Shown piece after piece: positions 51,494 to 64,000 of a stretch of DNA of 64,000 nucleotides; positions within the stretch are counted from its first letter, which is position 1, and every line of letters begins with the position of its first letter. The notes beneath the pieces were generated by a model. That model searched no databases. It had not been told where the DNA came from and saw only the letters and a list, made by a program, of their open reading frames with translations. Source of the DNA: an uncultured Acidobacteriota bacterium (GTDB taxonomy: Bacteria; Acidobacteriota; Vicinamibacteria; Vicinamibacterales; UBA2999); the NCBI GenBank assembly GCA_963762925.1, contig CAVXMP010000022.1, positions 101,295-165,294 on the forward strand, given 5' to 3'. A program made the position numbers and the translations under genes.

Positions 51494-52336
51494 CTATGCG
51501 GTGTCCTTCCAGAAGCGCGCGAGCAGGTTGCCGCAAACACGGCGGCGGTATTCGGCCGTCGAGCGCAGGTCGTCGATCGGCGCGATCTCGCGGCCGAGAA
51601 TGCGGCGGGCGTCCTCCAGCTGGCGCGAGCGCCGACACGCCGCTTCGGTGTGAGGCGAGACGCACGACGGTTGGCCCGACGCTGCCCAGCGCGACGCGAC
51701 CGGCGGGCCGCGCACCGCCGGCCATCATCACTTTCGAGATGGCCTGCGCGCGGCGCGTGCCCACCTTGCGCCACCACTGCCTGCCCTCGACGCGTGGGAT
51801 CTCGACGCCGCGATCAGCTCGTCGGGCCGCCGCACGGTCGTACGATAGCCCGTGTAGAAACCGACGAACGGCACCCGCCGCTCACCGGTCGCGCTCGCAG
51901 GACGACCACCGCCTCGGCGGCGGCAAGGACCGGCAGCGAGTCGCCGGCGGGCGAAGCGTTGGCGATATTGCCGCCGAGCGTGCCGCGATTCTGGATCTGG
52001 ACGTCCGCCGACCTCGCGCGCCGCCGCGGCCAGCATCGGCAGACGCGCCTGCGCACGATGCGGCGAGGCGATGATCTCGCGTATAGGTGGTCAGCGCGCC
52101 GATCCGGAAGCCGTGTCGCCGTCGACGCTCGATGCCCGCGAAGCTCGTCGAGCGCGCCAGAGGTCGAGAAAGCGCGTCGTCGCCAGCGTGCCGAACTGCA
52201 GGTTCACGTAGACGTCGGTGCAGCCGGCGAGCGGCGTCAGCGGCGCTTCGTCGCGCAGCATGCGCGAGCGCCTCATCGAGCGAGCGCGGTCGCGGACCGC
52301 ATGGAGTGATCGAGCGACGAGACCAGCGGCGTGTCC

Positions 52337-52340
<4 letters not shown>
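51494..52340 (-). pseudogene. xanthine dehydrogenase/CO dehydrogenase family, FAD-binding (medium) subunit; several frame breaks
   Basis: ATG overlaps the small-subunit TGA (ATGA). Fragments: SLDEALA, LRDEAPLTPLAGCTDVYVNLQFG, IQNRGTLGGNIANASPAGDSLPVLAAAEAVVVL, and the C-terminus IAPIDDLRSTAEYRRRVCGNLLARFW. Confidence 0.65.
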
Positions 52341-54938
<2,598 letters not shown>

Positions 54939-54950
54939 GTCGGCACTCTA

Positions 54951-54988
54951 ACACGGAGGCACGGAGGCACGGAGGCACGGAAGCGGAG
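54951..54988. repeat. 8-nt tandem repeat (CACGGAGG)n, about 4.5 units
   Basis: acacggag gcacggag gcacggag gcacggaa gcggag begins 13 nt upstream of the XDH large-subunit GTG (54938). It belongs to the same family as 37526-37696. Confidence 0.9.
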
Positions 54989-55035
54989 CGTGGCATCGGC
55001 GTGTCGCGCCGGCGTGGCATCGGCGTGTCGCGCCG
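54988..55035. repeat. perfect 24-bp direct duplication
   Basis: gcgtggcatcggcgtgtcgcgccg occurs twice back to back (54988-55011 and 55012-55035). Confidence 0.9.
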
Positions 55036-55145
55036 GCGTAGCCGGCGCTGCGAGAGCTGGCGAAGGGCCGCGCGCAAACAAGCGAACGGCGCCCGGCTTG
55101 CTTGCGCACGGACCTTCGCCAGCTCTCGCGCGGCCTTCGGCCGCG
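55030..55145. other. structured intergenic module (nested hairpins), built from the same blocks as 37709-37821
   Basis: gcgccggc-gta-gccggcgc (55030-55048). Outer stem gcgagagctggcgaagg (55050-55066) / ccttcgccagctctcgc (55113-55129) is 17/17. Inner stem 55072-55083 / 55096-55107 is 11/12. Then cgcggcc-ttc-ggccgcg (55129-55145). Confidence 0.6.
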
Positions 55146-55177
55146 ACACGCGGTGTCAGGGAACCGGCGCTGGTGCC

Positions 55178-55220
55178 CATCTGCGTCATCTGCGTAATCT
55201 GTCGGAATCTGCCTAATCGC
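55178..55220. repeat. 9-nt tandem repeat, CATCTGCGT type, degenerating
   Basis: catctgcgt catctgcgt aatctgtcg gaatctgcc taatcgc ends 3 nt before the MoaD-like stop codon. Confidence 0.8.
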
Positions 55221-55223
55221 GGC

Positions 55224-55475
55224 TCACCCGCCGGCGATGGTCGGCACAATCTCCACGACGTCGCCGCTCTTCAGCGCGTGTGAGCGCACGCCGTGGAGCA
55301 GCATTTCGTCATTGACGGCGAAGTTGTAGATGGGATCGGCGAGGGTCCGGGACAATCCTGGAATGCGGCGCCCGAGGACGTCGAGGAGCGCGCCAACGTC
55401 AGCAACGGGTTCGTCGATCGCGATCTCGCGCCCGGCCAGCGCGTGCAGCATGGACGGGAAGCGAACGAGGATCAT
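55224..55475 (-). CDS. MoaD/ThiS-family ubiquitin-like sulfur-carrier protein
   Basis: Intact 83 aa ORF ending ...GDVVEIVPTIAGG (C-terminal Gly-Gly). Its start overlaps the stop of the upstream AOR gene by 4 nt. Confidence 0.75.
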   Translation of the reverse strand: MILVRFPSMLHALAGREIAIDEPVADVGALLDVLGRRIPGLSRTLADPIYNFAVNDEMLLHGVRSHALKSGDVVEIVPTIAGG

Positions 55476-57419
55476 GCCCCCAGAACGGAGGCGAGCTCGC
55501 TGCGAAACGGCTCGCGCGGGATGCCTTCCTCGGTGAGCTGCGACACGTCGTAAAAGCGTGACAGCATGCGATCGAACTCGTCGCGGTCGATGTGCTCGCC
55601 TTTGAACGGTCCTGCGGTGCTCGGCTCGTCAAACCATCGATCCGGCAGCGTGTCGTCTTTGCGGCGCACGCCCAGCCGGTAATTGATCAATCGCTCGACG
55701 CCCATGACGTTGAGACCAACGCGATCGAGCTCTTCGACACTGAACTGCAGGCCGGTCACGTTGGCGAGTTGCTGCTGAAATTCCTCCATGCCGGGCAGAG
55801 AGGGCTGTTGAACAACTTGGTCGTGAACCGGCACATGCCAACCGCGTCGCCAACGGCGTAGATGTTCTCGCAGGCCCGTACCGCTTGCTCTTTGTCGACG
55901 TAACTGTTCGGCTCGGCACTCACGCGGCCGCCGTACAACTCCGCCTTGAATGCCGGATCGTCGTTGATCTTGGCGTTGATCTCGAGTGTGACCCGGTTGC
56001 GCAGATGATCCATGCCGCGCGTCGCGACCGCGAGACCAAGCGCGAACGCCTTGAGAATACGCGCGTCGTGCGGATCGCTTTGCCACAGCCCTTTCACCGC
56101 CATCCGGTACTTCAGCGCTTCAACCGGGTAGTGGCCCGTCTCCACCGCACGCGCACTCTCGGCCAGCACGTTGCCGAAGCCTTCGCGCCGCGACGTCATG
56201 AAGAGCAGCCGCTCGATCATCGCCGCGTCGCCCCACATCAGCTCGAGGCCGCCGGTGTGCGCCGTTGTGATGATGCCGCGTTGGAAAAGTTCGAAGGCCC
56301 ACCGAGCGTTGAGCCCATCGAGGCGGTGTCGAAACCGAGATCGTTGCAGATGTTGTTGAGACGAATGACCGCTTCGACGCTTTCGATGCCGAGGTTCGGA
56401 CCGAACTTGCCGAGCGTCACATACTCTGGTCCGTCGCCTTTGCCGTATCGATCCGCCGGGTCCGTGTGCAGATCGTTCAGCGGCCGGCAGTTCACCGGAC
56501 AACGGAAGCAGCCCTCCATCCCCGGTCGGAATGGGTCGATGTGGCCGGCGTCGAGCTTATCGGTCCAGGTCGTCTCCTGATTGTTCTTGGTGCCCATCGC
56601 GCCGAGCAGGCGGCTCGGTTTGTAGAGAAACGGCGTGCCGACCTTCGAGAGCGCTTCTTCACGACGGAGGTGCCGAGGAGTTTCCCGGCGATGTGGCGGT
56701 TGTACGGCTTGTAGGGCTGCGCGGTTGGAAATTCGCGGATTGCGGCGAGCGTCACGATGGCCTTGAGCTGCAGCGCGCCCATCTTCGCACCCGGGCCGCC
56801 GCGCGCGTAAATCGCCTTCGGCCCCGCCATGATGCCGCTCGTCAGGACAAGGTTTTCTCCGGCACGCGTGATGTTCACCATCGACATGTTGCGCGCCCAC
56901 ACGCCGCCGAGATCTCGCTGAACGGCCTCTCGCATGTCGATGTTGTCGAGGCCGACATAAGGCGCCGCGTCGCGGAACTCAAACGACGCCTTCGCGGATG
57001 ACCAGCAGTCGCCACACCGGCGCGCGGCCGTAGAACACGATATGATCGAAGCCGTTCATTCTGATGAACGACGGGAAGTAATCACCGGCATTGCAGTCCA
57101 TCAGCACGCCGGAATCAGGCGACCACGAGGTGCAGTTGCCGCGCGCAGCGCTCGGCACGAGACCTGTCAGCGGGCCGGACCCGAAGATGAGTGGAATCTC
57201 GGGATCGAGCGGCGTCCTGGTTTCGTCGAGCAGCCGGAACAGGTAATACATGTTGGCGCCGCGCCCCCCGAGCAGGGCGCGCGCGACAGGCAGAGGCGTG
57301 TAGGCGCGTTCGATTTCGCTCCGTTCGAGATCCACGAAGACCGTCTCGCCCTGGGCGGCGTACTGCGGCGCACGCGGCATCTCAGACAGCAGACGGGCAA
57401 CGCGCTCGCGGATAGCCAT
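55472..57419 (-). pseudogene. aldehyde:ferredoxin oxidoreductase (tungstopterin AOR family); at least 4 frame breaks
   Basis: The N-domain ORF 56979..57419 has ...LGGRGANMYYLFRLL...PLIFGSGPLTG...SPDSGVLMDCNAGDYFP. Later fragments: GCFRCPVNCRP (4Fe-4S Cys motif), GPEYVTLGKFGPNLGI, NICNDLGFDT, WAFELFQRGIIT, AVATRGMDHLR and CRFTTKLF. Confidence 0.8.
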
Positions 57420-57427
57420 CCGCGCCC

Positions 57428-57456
57428 AATATAGCGTGTCTTGAACGGTTGTTCAA
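57428..57456 (-). promoter_or_regulatory. candidate sigma-70 promoter with overlapping palindromic operator upstream of the AOR gene
   Basis: Minus strand: cTTGAACaaccgttcaagacacgcTATATTgggcgcggATG. The -35 TTGAAC is followed by a 17 nt spacer and the -10 TATATT, which ends 8 nt before the ATG (57419). This predicts a near-leaderless mRNA. TTGAAC-N4-GTTCAA is a perfect palindrome (57441-57456). Confidence 0.4.
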
Positions 57457-57494
57457 AGAGCGACACCGCGGGCCGTGCATCCCCGTGTAGAGAA

Positions 57495-57697
57495 GGTCTG
57501 GTGGGTCGGGTGGCTGGTGAGGCTGGCGGGGCTGGTGAGTCGGGTGGGGCTGGTGGGTCGGGTAGGTCTGGTTGATCAGGCAGGTAGGTGTGGTCGAGCA
57601 ATGCGCAACCCCGAATCCGTGATCCCCCACCAGACTTACCCGACCTACCCGACCGAAGACGACCGACCCGCCCGACCCGACCTACCGACGACCCGAC
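57495..57697. repeat. inverted pair of degenerate repeat arrays (GGTSGGKY)n ... (RMCCSACC)n around a ~30-nt core
   Basis: Left arm 57495-57594: ggtctggtgggtcgggtggctggtgaggctggcggggctggtgagtcgggtggggctggtgggtcgggtaggtctgg... Right arm 57625-57697: ccccaccagacttacccgacctacccgaccgaagacgaccgacccgcccgacccgacctaccgacgacccgac. It lies in the divergent AOR/GGT promoter region. Confidence 0.85.
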
Positions 57698-57737
57698 TGC
57701 CCGTGCGCCTATAATCGGTCACCGCAATGGAGGCTCT

Positions 57738-59445
<1,708 letters not shown>

Positions 59446-59457
59446 CGGCCCACCCCC

Positions 59458-61001
59458 TCACATCACAACAACAATCTCGTTCGACGCCGCACCGGTGGCG
59501 CACGCATTGCGGGCGCGGAGGCGCGCGAAGTACGTGCCCGGCGGCGCCGTGGCGGAAATCGGGCTGCCGGGAAGCGATGTCACCAGAATGTTGCTCAAGC
59601 CCGATGCCGAGCCCACTTGGATGACGTAGCCGCTCGCGCCAGCACTCGGATTCCACGTCAGCGTGACGACGTTGCCCACCTTCGAGAAAGCAAAGGCCGT
59701 AGGGGCTGCCGGCGGCGCGCAGCCTCCTACCGTCACAAGAATCTCGTTTGATGGCGTGCTCGTGCCGCACGCACTGCGCGCACGTGCGCGCACGTAGTAA
59801 TTACCAATCGGTGCCATCACCGACAGCGACGGCGTCGGCCACAGAATCGATGCGACGTCGATCAGGTCGGGTGCGCTGCCCGCCTCGAGCACATACCCGG
59901 TCTGACCACCGCCGGCCGGCGCGCCCCACGTCAGCTGCACGAGTTGTCCGCTGACGCTCGACGAAAGCGTCTGCGGCGGTCCGGGGGCTGCGCAATCGCC
60001 GCCCCAGCCGAGTTGGACCACTTCGAAGTCGCTCGCCTCGAGAGCGCTGAACGCCGGATTGAGCACGCCGTTGTCCCAGCGCGGATCGAACGCGCCGCTG
60101 ATGTACATGTCGGACCCGTTGTCGGCCACGATCAATCCGTAGCGCTGCATCGCACGGAAGATCTTCTGCACCTCCGGCGCGGAAACCCGAGAGGTCCTTG
60201 CTGGCCTTGAGCCGCAGGCGCGCGCCCATCGGCAGCGCCGCCGAGGTGGCGCCGGCGCGATGTGACGCCGGCCAAACGTAATCGTTGGTCGCGCGCACCG
60301 TGACCCGAAACGCGTGACGGATCTCGTCGGCGCCGAACACCTCGTCGTAGCGCACGAGACCGGGCAGGATCGCAAGGCCCGCCGCATCGGCCGACGTCCA
60401 GCCGTCCGGCCGGCGGCCGTTGGCTCTTCAGGTCGAAGAACGCGCCCGACCCTGCGCGCCACGTTCGTGCCGTCCCAACGCAGGTCGAACAGCTCGTAGA
60501 GACGCCGCTGTCGCGGTCGACGATCAGCATGTGGCGATCGCCGCCCGGCTGTCTGATTGCCAGGCTCGCCACCTTCGATCCAATACGGCTGCGTCTTCGC
60601 TTCGTCGGGAATCGGATAGAACGGAAAGCTCGTGTCCGTTGCGGGGTTGACGCCGTCGCTCTCGTCGGCGTAGTCGAACTCCACGGCGCGCAAGTCTTCG
60701 GCTGGTTACCAGACACGACGACGTAGGGAAAGCCGTAGATGTTGACGCTGCCAGGCGACTCGTATCCGCCGAAATCTGGATGGAGACCGGCGCGTCGCGC
60801 TGATGAAGGAGATGAACTGCGCCGAATTCGGCATCAACCGGCGCCGTGGCTGATGTCCTGGTTCCACCAGTTGTCTGCAGGAAAAAGCGGCAACGGACCC
60901 GGCAAGGCGCCGTTTCGTTCGGCATCGCGCGCCGCCGACTGCGCTTGAAGCGCGAAGGTGAGCGCGATGAGCAGGACACCGAGCGATGTCGGGAAGCGCA
61001 T
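59458..61001 (-). CDS. secreted hypothetical protein (conserved uncharacterised N-domain) with two C-terminal FN3-like modules; at least 3 frame breaks
   Basis: Signal peptide MRFPTSLGVLLIALTFALQAQS. Fragments: PLFPADNWWNQDIS, VEFDYADESDG...PFYPIPDEAK...IEGGEPG, GDRHMLIVDRD, MGARLRLKAS, EVQKIFRAMQRYGLIVADNGSDMYISG. Then two modules ending YYVRARARSACG and YFARLRARNACA. Confidence 0.55.
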
Positions 61002-61241
61002 GGCAATCGTCCTTGCTCGCAATCTTCGCGCCTGAGGGGCACGGTCGTCAACTTGCTCTCGCGCGTGTGCTTCATGCAGGCAAACGCCGCCTGGCAACAC
61101 AACCGTATGGCGCTCTCTCGCCATCGTTGCACGACGGAGCCGTCACGAATGCGTGATCGCACTGACAGGTTTGTCGTCGCCCTCCACGCCAAGGGGAACA
61201 CGGCGCGGCCTGTTACAATCGCCCGTTCGGAGGATGAGGTG

Positions 61242-61940
61242 ATGGGTTACATGAAACATATTGGCCTTGTTGCTCGCGCTCAGTGCGGCCGATCGCGTGC
61301 GGTAAATCTGAGGCAGAAAAGCAGGCTGAAGAGCAGTCAAGCAGGCGGAGAAAGCCGCCGAAGCGATGCAGAAGGCGGCCGAGGCGGCAGGATCGGCGGC
61401 AGCGGCGCAAGGTGCCGCCGGTGCGGCACAAGGCATGGAGGCGTTCGCGAAAGCGATGCAGGCTGCGGCAGGTGCGGCCGCCGGTGGCGACGGCAAGCCC
61501 GTCGATCCCGTGAGTTTCAGCAGCTGCAGACAGTGCTTCCCGACGTGGCCGGCTGGGAACGTGGAAAGCCAACGGGCGAGCGGATGACCATGCCGGTGCC
61601 GTTCTCGCAGACCGAGACCACGCTACACGAACGGGCGACGCGCGAGGTGCAGGTCAAGATCGTCGACTCGGCATTCAGCCAGCTGCTCGTCGCGCCGTGG
61701 GCGATGTTCCTGCCGTCCGGCTACGAGAAGCAGACGAGCGACGGCTACGAGAAGTCGTCACCGTGGGCGGCAATCCCGGTTTCGAGAAGTGGAACAGCGA
61801 GGACAAGGATGGCGAGCTCAACCTGGTTGTGGCCAAGCGGTTCCTGGTCACGATCGAAGGCAATGGCATTGCCGGCGCGAAGCGTGCTGCACGACTTCGC
61901 GTCGAAGCTCGATACCGGCAAGCTCGCCGGGCTCAAGTAA
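61242..61940 (+). CDS. hypothetical lipoprotein with Ala/Gln/Lys-rich low-complexity region; about 3 frame breaks
   Basis: GGAGGA lies 7 nt before the ATG at 61242. MGYMKHIG... and a probable lipobox (..SAA..ACGKSEAEKQAEEQ) in an adjacent frame. ...AMQKAAEAAGSAAAAQGAAG...GKPVDPV.. then LPDVAGWERGKPTGERMTMPVPFSQTET...LLVAPWAMFLPSGYEKQ...GNPGFEKWNSEDKDGELNLVVAKRFLVTIEG. Confidence 0.45.
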   Translation: MGYMKHIGLVARAQCGRSRAVNLRQKSRLKSSQAGGESRRSDAEGGRGGRIGGSGARCRRCGTRHGGVRESDAGCGRCGRRWRRQARRSREFQQLQTVLPDVAGWERGKPTGERMTMPVPFSQTETTLHERATREVQVKIVDSAFSQLLVAPWAMFLPSGYEKQTSDGYEKSSPWAAIPVSRSGTARTRMASSTWLWPSGSWSRSKAMALPARSVLHDFASKLDTGKLAGLK

Positions 61941-62045
61941 GTGCGAAGGTGCCGGGGTGCCGTGGGTGCCGAAAGTGCAGAAAGCGGAGTCAGCGAGACG
62001 CTGGCACGCGGCGTAAAGCGATGCCCAGCGCAGTCCCGCGCGGCG

Positions 62046-63079
62046 TTAGAGCCTGAAGCCGGCCTTGCAGCGGATCGTCGCCGTCGATCAGGAACGTGTG
62101 CTCGCCGGTGATCCAGGCGGTGCCGTCGATTTCGGGGACGATGGCGGTGCGATCGCCGACCCGCGTGCGGCCCGCGACCCGGCCGGTGAACAGCGTGCCG
62201 ACGATGCTCTCGTGCACGAACGGTGCGTCGTCGCCGAGCACGCCCATCTCGCTCAGCACGGCCATCACCGCGGCAGTGCCTGTACCGCACGGTGAGCGAT
62301 CGACTTCGGCATCGGCAAAGATCGTCACGTTGCGCAGGTGCGCGTCCGCGGTGCGCGGCGGCGCCGTGAAGATCGTGCCGTAGATGCCCTGTCAGCCCGG
62401 CTCGACCGGGTGCACGACCTTGCCCAGCCGCTCCACTTCGCGGGCTGATGTCCATCCCGACGCGGCTGAAGGTCGGGCAGCTTGGCCGCGTCCACCGACA
62501 GGCCCGCGGCTTCGGCGTCGACGATGGCGTAGAACGCCCCGCCAAATGCGACGTCGACCGGTGAAGGTGCGGCCGGCCATCTGCACCGGCAGGCGCGGCT
62601 GCAAGCACAAACGACGGGCACGTTCCGGAATGCGACCGCGACACGACGCGTCGCTCGCCCTCGTTGGTCGCTGACCGTGGCGCACGGCGCGCGACCGGAC
62701 CGGCCGGGGCATCGAGCACGATTCGACGTCGCCGGGTCCGGGCTCGGCGGCCGCATCCCACATCAGGTCGCGCTCGATCGCGATGGTCGTGACACGGCAA
62801 TGACGCCGTGGCCGCACATCGTGCTCCAGCCCTCGTTGTGCATGAAGAGCACGCCGGCGTGGGCACCCGGCGTGACCGGCTCGGTGAGCAGCGCGCCGTA
62901 CATGTCGGCATGGCCGCGCGGCTCGAGCATCAGCGCGCGGCGCAGGTGGTCGAGATGTTTCTTCGCCCACGCGCGCTTGGCCAGCATCGTCGCGCCTTCG
63001 GGGCGGGCAGACCGTCGACGATCAGCCGCAGCGGTTCGCCTGCGGCATGCGCATCGATTGTACGGATTCGGTGAATCAT
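62046..63079 (-). pseudogene. proline racemase / 4-hydroxyproline 2-epimerase family; at least 5 frame breaks
   Basis: [25 protein letters not shown]..., [34 protein letters not shown] (first catalytic Cys) and EVDRSPCGTGTAAVMAVL (second catalytic Cys). Likely C-terminus ..GDDPL.KAGFRL with TAA at 62048-62046. Confidence 0.75.
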
Positions 63080-63123
63080 GGTGTGGGAGGATCGAAAGCC
63101 ACAGATTACACTTAGGGCTCGGA

Positions 63124-64000
63124 ATGAAGTGCTTCTACTCCGACACCTTCGTCTTGCCGCTTCCTGACGGCCATCGTTTTCCAATGGCCAAGTACTCGCG
63201 GCTGCGCGCGCGGCTGGTCGCCGAAGGCATTGTCGACGACGGCAACCTTCGGGAAGCGCCAGTCGCCGACTGGGACCAGGTGCGACTCGCCCACACCGTT
63301 GAGTACGTTGATGCCGTCGCAAACGGAACACTCTCGCGCGAGATGCAACGTCGCATCGGCTTTCCATGGTCGCCCGAGATGGTCGAACGTGCACGGCGAT
63401 CGGTAGGTGCGACCATTGCCGCGGCCCGTGCGGCGGTGGAGGCTGGCTGCGCTGCTAATCTCGCTGGCGGGACACATCACGCCTTTGCCGATCGCGGCGA
63501 GGGCTACTGTGTGTTCAACGATGTTGCGATTGCGATCCGCGTCCTACAGCGAGACGGGCTCGCGCGTCGCGTTGCCATCATCGATTGCGACGTGCATCAG
63601 GGCAATGGCACCGCGGCGATCTTCGCGGCCGATGCCGACGTCTTTACCTTGTCGCTGCACGGCGCGAAGAACTTCCCGTTTCACAAGGAAGTCAGCGATT
63701 GCGACATCGAGTTTGAAGACGGCACGACCGCCGAACCATATCTGACCGCACTGCGCGGTGCGCTCGATCTGGTCATGACCACGCACCGGCCAGAGATCGT
63801 CTTCTATCTCGCCGGGGCCGATCCCTTCGAAGGCGATCGGCTGGGACGTCTCAAGCTGACCATCGATGGATTGCGTCAGCGGGATGAACTGGTGCTGACG
63901 CGATGCCGGCACGATCGCGTGCCAGTCGCGATCACCATGAGTGGCGGCTACGCAGCCGATGTCGAGAAAATCGTGGAGATCCACGCAAACACAATCCGCG
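63124..64000 (+). CDS. histone deacetylase-family (acetoin utilisation/acetylpolyamine amidohydrolase-like) protein; 3' end outside the window
   Basis: Absent from the ORF track because there is no stop in the window. [24 protein letters not shown]...[24 protein letters not shown]...[15 protein letters not shown]...[18 protein letters not shown]... are classical HDAC zinc-site motifs. Confidence 0.8.
   Translation, partial: MKCFYSDTFVLPLPDGHRFPMAKYSRLRARLVAEGIVDDGNLREAPVADWDQVRLAHTVEYVDAVANGTLSREMQRRIGFPWSPEMVERARRSVGATIAAARAAVEAGCAANLAGGTHHAFADRGEGYCVFNDVAIAIRVLQRDGLARRVAIIDCDVHQGNGTAAIFAADADVFTLSLHGAKNFPFHKEVSDCDIEFEDGTTAEPYLTALRGALDLVMTTHRPEIVFYLAGADPFEGDRLGRLKLTIDGLRQRDELVLTRCRHDRVPVAITMSGGYAADVEKIVEIHANTIR

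Overview
This is a GC-rich bacterial chromosomal segment, most likely Acidobacteriota. The markers are an ADOP-type duplicated MacB/FtsX permease, an acidobacterial-type VWFA protein, a sortilin/BNR protein and many secreted peptidases. I can support about 46 protein genes. I recognised no rRNA, tRNA or CRISPR array.

Gene content:
- An ECF-like sigma / anti-sigma-CHAT operon.
- A run of M14, M20, M28 and serine-hydrolase peptidases.
- A Ser/Thr kinase fused to a TolB-like propeller.
- A surface protein of about 1140 aa.
- A truncated IS481-family transposase.
- A co-directional envelope cluster: carbamoyltransferase, SxtJ, DUF5989, a DsbA-like lipoprotein and a GT39 transferase.
- A three-subunit xanthine-dehydrogenase-family enzyme.
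- A tungsten-type aldehyde:ferredoxin oxidoreductase with a MoaD-like protein.
- gamma-glutamyltranspeptidase (GGT), a proline-racemase-family enzyme and an HDAC-like deacetylase.

Many genes are split over two or more frames by single-base indels, especially between 46 and 63 kb. I annotated these as single genes and flagged the breaks. From the sequence alone I cannot tell pseudogenes from uncorrected indel errors.

Main hunting results:
1. A DsbA-like lipoprotein has an in-frame TGA exactly at the first Cys of its CxxC motif. A perfect hairpin follows, and its GGUC loop lies at the same distance from the UGA as in the E. coli fdhF SECIS. This is a candidate selenoprotein.
2. The intergenic space is filled with several families of 7-9 nt tandem repeats. 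They recur at distant loci, pair up as inverted arrays around unique cores, run into coding termini, and bracket and truncate the IS remnant.
3. The sigma / anti-sigma operon has an apparently extracytoplasmic CHAT protease domain and an uncharacterised third gene.
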